DNA of 39,989 nt, from positions 7,738-47,726 of the forward strand of contig DCSU01000143.1 in assembly GCA_002325785.1 (NCBI GenBank), in the 5' to 3' direction. The notes under the pieces are model-generated. The model was given only the letters and a program-made list of their open reading frames with translations. It searched no databases and had not been told where the DNA came from. Below are positions 37,042 to 39,989 of this stretch, one piece after another; within the stretch, counting starts at the first letter, position 1, and each line of letters opens with the position of its first letter. The stretch comes from Bacteroidales bacterium UBA1458 (lineage in GTDB: Bacteria; Bacteroidota; Bacteroidia; Bacteroidales; VadinHA17). The translations under genes and the position numbers were made by a program.

Positions 37042-37710
37042 ATGGATTTCAATTCCGGGGATATTCTCATTGCCGTGGCACATCCAACCGAGGAGGAGGC
37101 TGTGCGGTGCTCCATTGTTGCCTCGCGGTGCAATTGTGAGATCATTGTCACCGGGGTTGGCGGTGCCGCCATGTCATGGGCTCTTCAGAAGAGGTTTTCA
37201 TCAGGGCCTCTGCCGGCACTGGTGATAGGGGCCGGTATTGCAGGCAGTTATGTTTCTTCTCTTGCTCCGGGTGATGTGGTGCTGACACAGTCCGACTGCT
37301 TTGCCGATATGGGTGTTGATGACAACGGCGATTTCCGGTCACTCTTCGGGGCGAATCTTGCTGACCCCGACAGCCCGCCCTTCCGCGGGGGAAGGATTCA
37401 CTGCAGCGGCAGATGGTTTGACCTGGTGGCCGCTGCATTGCCCGCTGTCACCGGCGCCACGGTCAACATGTCTTCCGGATCGCAGGCGGTCATTGACCGT
37501 ATACGCAGGGCATGGGACCCTGACATTGAGACCATGGAGGGGGCCTGGCTGGCTTATGCATGCGAAATATCACAGATACCATGGCTTTCAGTGCGGGCGG
37601 TCTCAAACATGGTTGAACCGCGCAACCTGAAGAACTGGGACATACCCCTGGCTCTCCGCCGGCTCAGGGATGAGATGACACGGGTAACAGGTTTACTTAC
37701 GGCACTGTGA
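37042..37710 (+). CDS. mqnB: futalosine hydrolase (nucleoside phosphorylase family)
   Basis: 222 aa with TGVGGAAMSWAL and METMEGAWLAYAC...SVRAVSN.V. The assignment is supported by the adjacent mqnD. Confidence 0.7.
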   Translation: MDFNSGDILIAVAHPTEEEAVRCSIVASRCNCEIIVTGVGGAAMSWALQKRFSSGPLPALVIGAGIAGSYVSSLAPGDVVLTQSDCFADMGVDDNGDFRSLFGANLADPDSPPFRGGRIHCSGRWFDLVAAALPAVTGATVNMSSGSQAVIDRIRRAWDPDIETMEGAWLAYACEISQIPWLSVRAVSNMVEPRNLKNWDIPLALRRLRDEMTRVTGLLTAL

Positions 37711-37770
37711 CCCGCACAATTGAATTGACCAGTATGAGATGACACGGCTGACTCACTTAATCACTACTCT

Positions 37771-38601
37771 ATGAAACTTAAACTTGGTTTTTCGCCATGT
37801 CCCAATGACACCTTCATCTTCGAGGCAATGGTGCATGGCAGGATAGATACCGAGGGGCTGGAGTTTGACTGGTTCCTTGCCGATGTTGAGGAGCTCAACC
37901 GCAGGGCCATTGAGGGCAGCGTTGATATCACCAAAATGAGCTACCACGCCTATGCCCGTGCTGCGGCAGGATATCTCATCCTCGACGCCGGCAGTGCCCT
38001 GGGTCGCAGCAACGGCCCGCTGGTGATAAGCAAACACAAGATGTACCATGATGAGCTGGATAACGCATCGATAGCCATCCCCGGGAAATATACCACCGCC
38101 AACCTCCTTTTCAGTATCTTCTGGCCGGCAGCGACAAACAAGCGCGAATACCTATTCTCTGACATACCCGAGGCTGTGCTCTCAGGAGAGGTTGACGCAG
38201 GCCTCATCATCCATGAGACCCGCTTCACATACCAGGCAATGGGACTAAAAAAAGTGGCTGACACCGGCGAGAGGTGGGAGGAGCTCACCGGACTACCTGT
38301 GCCCCTCGGGGGAATAGTGGTCAGCCGCAGCGTGGATGAGGTCACGGCTGCCAAAGTTAACAGGGCCATAAGACGAAGCATCGAATATGCCCGTGCCAAC
38401 CCCGCCGGGTCGGTCAGCTTCATCAGGAAACACGCCAGGGAGACAGACGCAGTGGTAACCAAAGAACATATAAAACTTTTCGTCAACAGCTTCAGCCTCT
38501 CTCTGGGAGAGGAGGGAAGGGCGGCTATTGAACGGCTCTATGCTGTGGCTGTGGAGAAAGGAGTGATTGAACCCCTTCCCGACAGGATATTTCTGCTCTG
38601 A
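37771..38601 (+). CDS. mqnD: 1,4-dihydroxy-6-naphthoate synthase
   Basis: The N-terminus MKLKLGFSPCPNDTFIFEAMVHGRIDTEGLEF...DVEELN and LIIHETRF are characteristic of MqnD. Confidence 0.8.
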   Translation: MKLKLGFSPCPNDTFIFEAMVHGRIDTEGLEFDWFLADVEELNRRAIEGSVDITKMSYHAYARAAAGYLILDAGSALGRSNGPLVISKHKMYHDELDNASIAIPGKYTTANLLFSIFWPAATNKREYLFSDIPEAVLSGEVDAGLIIHETRFTYQAMGLKKVADTGERWEELTGLPVPLGGIVVSRSVDEVTAAKVNRAIRRSIEYARANPAGSVSFIRKHARETDAVVTKEHIKLFVNSFSLSLGEEGRAAIERLYAVAVEKGVIEPLPDRIFLL

Positions 38602-38663
38602 TTGTTTCAGAGGTCGTCTCATTTTAGTATCTTTACTGTTAATCTAAATAATATCACCAGATC

Positions 38664-39257
38664 ATGAAATTCGAACTAACCCCCCTGAAGTACGGTGCTG
38701 ATGACCTCGCACCCATGCTGAGCGCCGAGACCCTGGAGTTTCATCACGGCAAGCATCATCTCGCCTATGTCAACAACCTCAACAACCTCCTCCCGGGATC
38801 ACCCTTTGAGGATGCCTCTCTTGAGACCATGATCAGGAAAGCTGAGGGCGGAATATTCAATAACGCCGCCCAGGTATGGAACCATACATTTTATTTTGCA
38901 ACCTTCTCGCCATCCGGGAAAAGAGTGCCCTCGGGAACTGTGGCCAAAGCCATTGATGCCGAATACGGCTCGTTTGATGCCTTTAAGGAGGCATTCACCA
39001 AGGCTGCCTCCACACTCTTCGGGTCAGGCTGGGCATGGCTCTGCATGAAACCCGACGGGAGACTAACCATCACACAGGAGCAGAATGCCGGCAATCCTCT
39101 GCGCGCGGGGCTGGTGCCGGTCATGACCTGCGATGTGTGGGAGCATGCATATTATATTGATTACAGAAACAAGCGCCCTGACTATATCAAGAATTTCTGG
39201 GAGCTGCTCGACTGGAAAGTCATTGGCGAACGTTATGACGAGGCGCTAAAAAAATAG
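38664..39257 (+). CDS. sodB: Fe/Mn superoxide dismutase (Fe-type features)
   Basis: FHHGKHH, AAQVWNHTFYF, GSGWAWL and DVWEHAYYIDYRN. Confidence 0.95.
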   Translation: MKFELTPLKYGADDLAPMLSAETLEFHHGKHHLAYVNNLNNLLPGSPFEDASLETMIRKAEGGIFNNAAQVWNHTFYFATFSPSGKRVPSGTVAKAIDAEYGSFDAFKEAFTKAASTLFGSGWAWLCMKPDGRLTITQEQNAGNPLRAGLVPVMTCDVWEHAYYIDYRNKRPDYIKNFWELLDWKVIGERYDEALKK

Positions 39258-39273
39258 ATATCTGTTTTTTCTC

Positions 39274-39281
39274 TATCTTTG
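39274..39281 (+). promoter_or_regulatory. -7 promoter box (TATCTTTG) for the nitroreductase gene
   Basis: TAnnTTTG match 16 nt upstream of ATG 39297. It overlaps the ORF-track TTG start at 39279, which argues for the ATG start. Confidence 0.4.
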
Positions 39282-39296
39282 GCCAAACTTTTTAAG

Positions 39297-39869
39297 ATGA
39301 ACATCCGACAGCTAATAGAGAAAAACAGAACATACCGCCGGTTTGACGAAAAACATGAGATAACCAAAGAGACCCTTGTCTCGCTTGTTGATCTGGCGCG
39401 TCTCTCAGCCTCAGGCGCCAATCGCCAGCCCCTGAAGTATATACTGGTTACCGAGCCAGATATGCGTGCTGCCGTCTACCCCTGCCTAGCATGGGCAGGA
39501 TACCTTACCACATGGGAGGGGCCGGACCCCGGCGAGAGGCCCACGGCATATATTGTCATCCTGGGCGACAAGGAGATATCTGATTCATTTGGTGTTGATC
39601 ATGGCATTGCAGCCCAAAGCATTATGCTGGGTGCTACTGAAGCCGGCCTCGGTGGATGTATCATCGCCTCTGTGAAAAAGGAGAAGCTGAGGGTGCTGCT
39701 TGATATCCCGAAGGATCTGGAGGTACTTCTTGTACTTGCACTCGGAAAACCGACGGAGAAGGTGGTCCTCGAGACCCTTGTCAATAACAATGTGAAATAC
39801 TGGAGAGATGAAGAGCGTGTTCATCACGTTCCTAAGAGGACACTTGACGAGATTATCCTTCGCAGGTAA
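39297..39869 (+). CDS. nitroreductase family protein
   Basis: RRFDEK..I....L..L...ARL.ASGANRQP and GIAAQSIMLGATEAGLGGC are typical of the nitroreductase fold. Confidence 0.8.
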   Translation: MNIRQLIEKNRTYRRFDEKHEITKETLVSLVDLARLSASGANRQPLKYILVTEPDMRAAVYPCLAWAGYLTTWEGPDPGERPTAYIVILGDKEISDSFGVDHGIAAQSIMLGATEAGLGGCIIASVKKEKLRVLLDIPKDLEVLLVLALGKPTEKVVLETLVNNNVKYWRDEERVHHVPKRTLDEIILRR

Positions 39870-39879
39870 GGCAGCGAGC

Positions 39880-39989
39880 CTACCCGCAATAATTTTTCTT
39901 CTTGCATTCCGTCCGCAATGTACGGCGGCCCAGCAGGCCGGACCGATACTTTTTCATGGTGTAATACTCGATGCCGAAACACGCCAGCC
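39880..39989 (-). CDS. 3' end of an unidentified minus-strand ORF that continues beyond the window
   Basis: My translation of the reverse strand gives ...LACFGIEYYTMKKYRSGLLGRRTLRTECKKKNYCG* with stop TAG (39882-39880). There are only 35 codons, so no family can be assigned. Confidence 0.25.
   Translation of the reverse strand, partial: LACFGIEYYTMKKYRSGLLGRRTLRTECKKKNYCG

Noticed and set aside
1-39989. A scan for CRISPR arrays, tRNA/rRNA genes, transposases, integrases, toxin-antitoxin pairs and known defence-system genes.
   Set aside because: I saw no regularly spaced direct repeats. No intergenic region has a tRNA-like T-arm (GTTCGA-type). No ORF has DDE/tyrosine/serine recombinase, nuclease-helicase or similar defence-like motifs. 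The YwqK/MORN-like lipoprotein has no partner toxin gene beside it.

Overview
This looks like a Bacteroidota chromosomal segment. The evidence is gliding-motility genes gldD/gldE, the uppS-bamA-ompH-ompH-murI block, the pdxJ / CBS / nadK / DUF6089 block, and repeated TAnnTTTG -7 promoter boxes. It is about 90% coding and almost entirely housekeeping. I support 48 protein-coding regions, four at low confidence. Three are not in the ORF track: a window-edge phosphopantetheinyl transferase at 1..588(-), a 30-aa Lys/Arg-rich micro-ORF at 3541..3633(+), and a short 3' fragment at 39880..39989(-). I moved several ORF-track starts downstream to ATG codons that fit neighbouring stops or promoter boxes. 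I found no tRNA, rRNA, CRISPR array, transposase, integrase or recognisable defence genes, and no clear novel multi-gene system. The observations most worth follow-up are: (1) a 1152-aa protein at 31535..34993 that fuses a sensor-like N-terminus, a degenerate receiver, an apparently intact receiver and a PPDK_N-type ATP-grasp domain; (2) a 221-bp element at 9105..9325 bounded by perfect 30-bp inverted repeats built from AGGCAGT heptamers, which supply the stop codons of both convergent flanking genes; (3) an orphan promoter plus strong intrinsic terminator at 7660..7799 with no ORF between them, which may be an sRNA or an attenuator leader; (4) the bS22-like micro-ORF coupled to the HU gene; (5) a tight acyltransferase-SDR-VOC operon. 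All functional calls come from reading the translations for family motifs. No database search was run.
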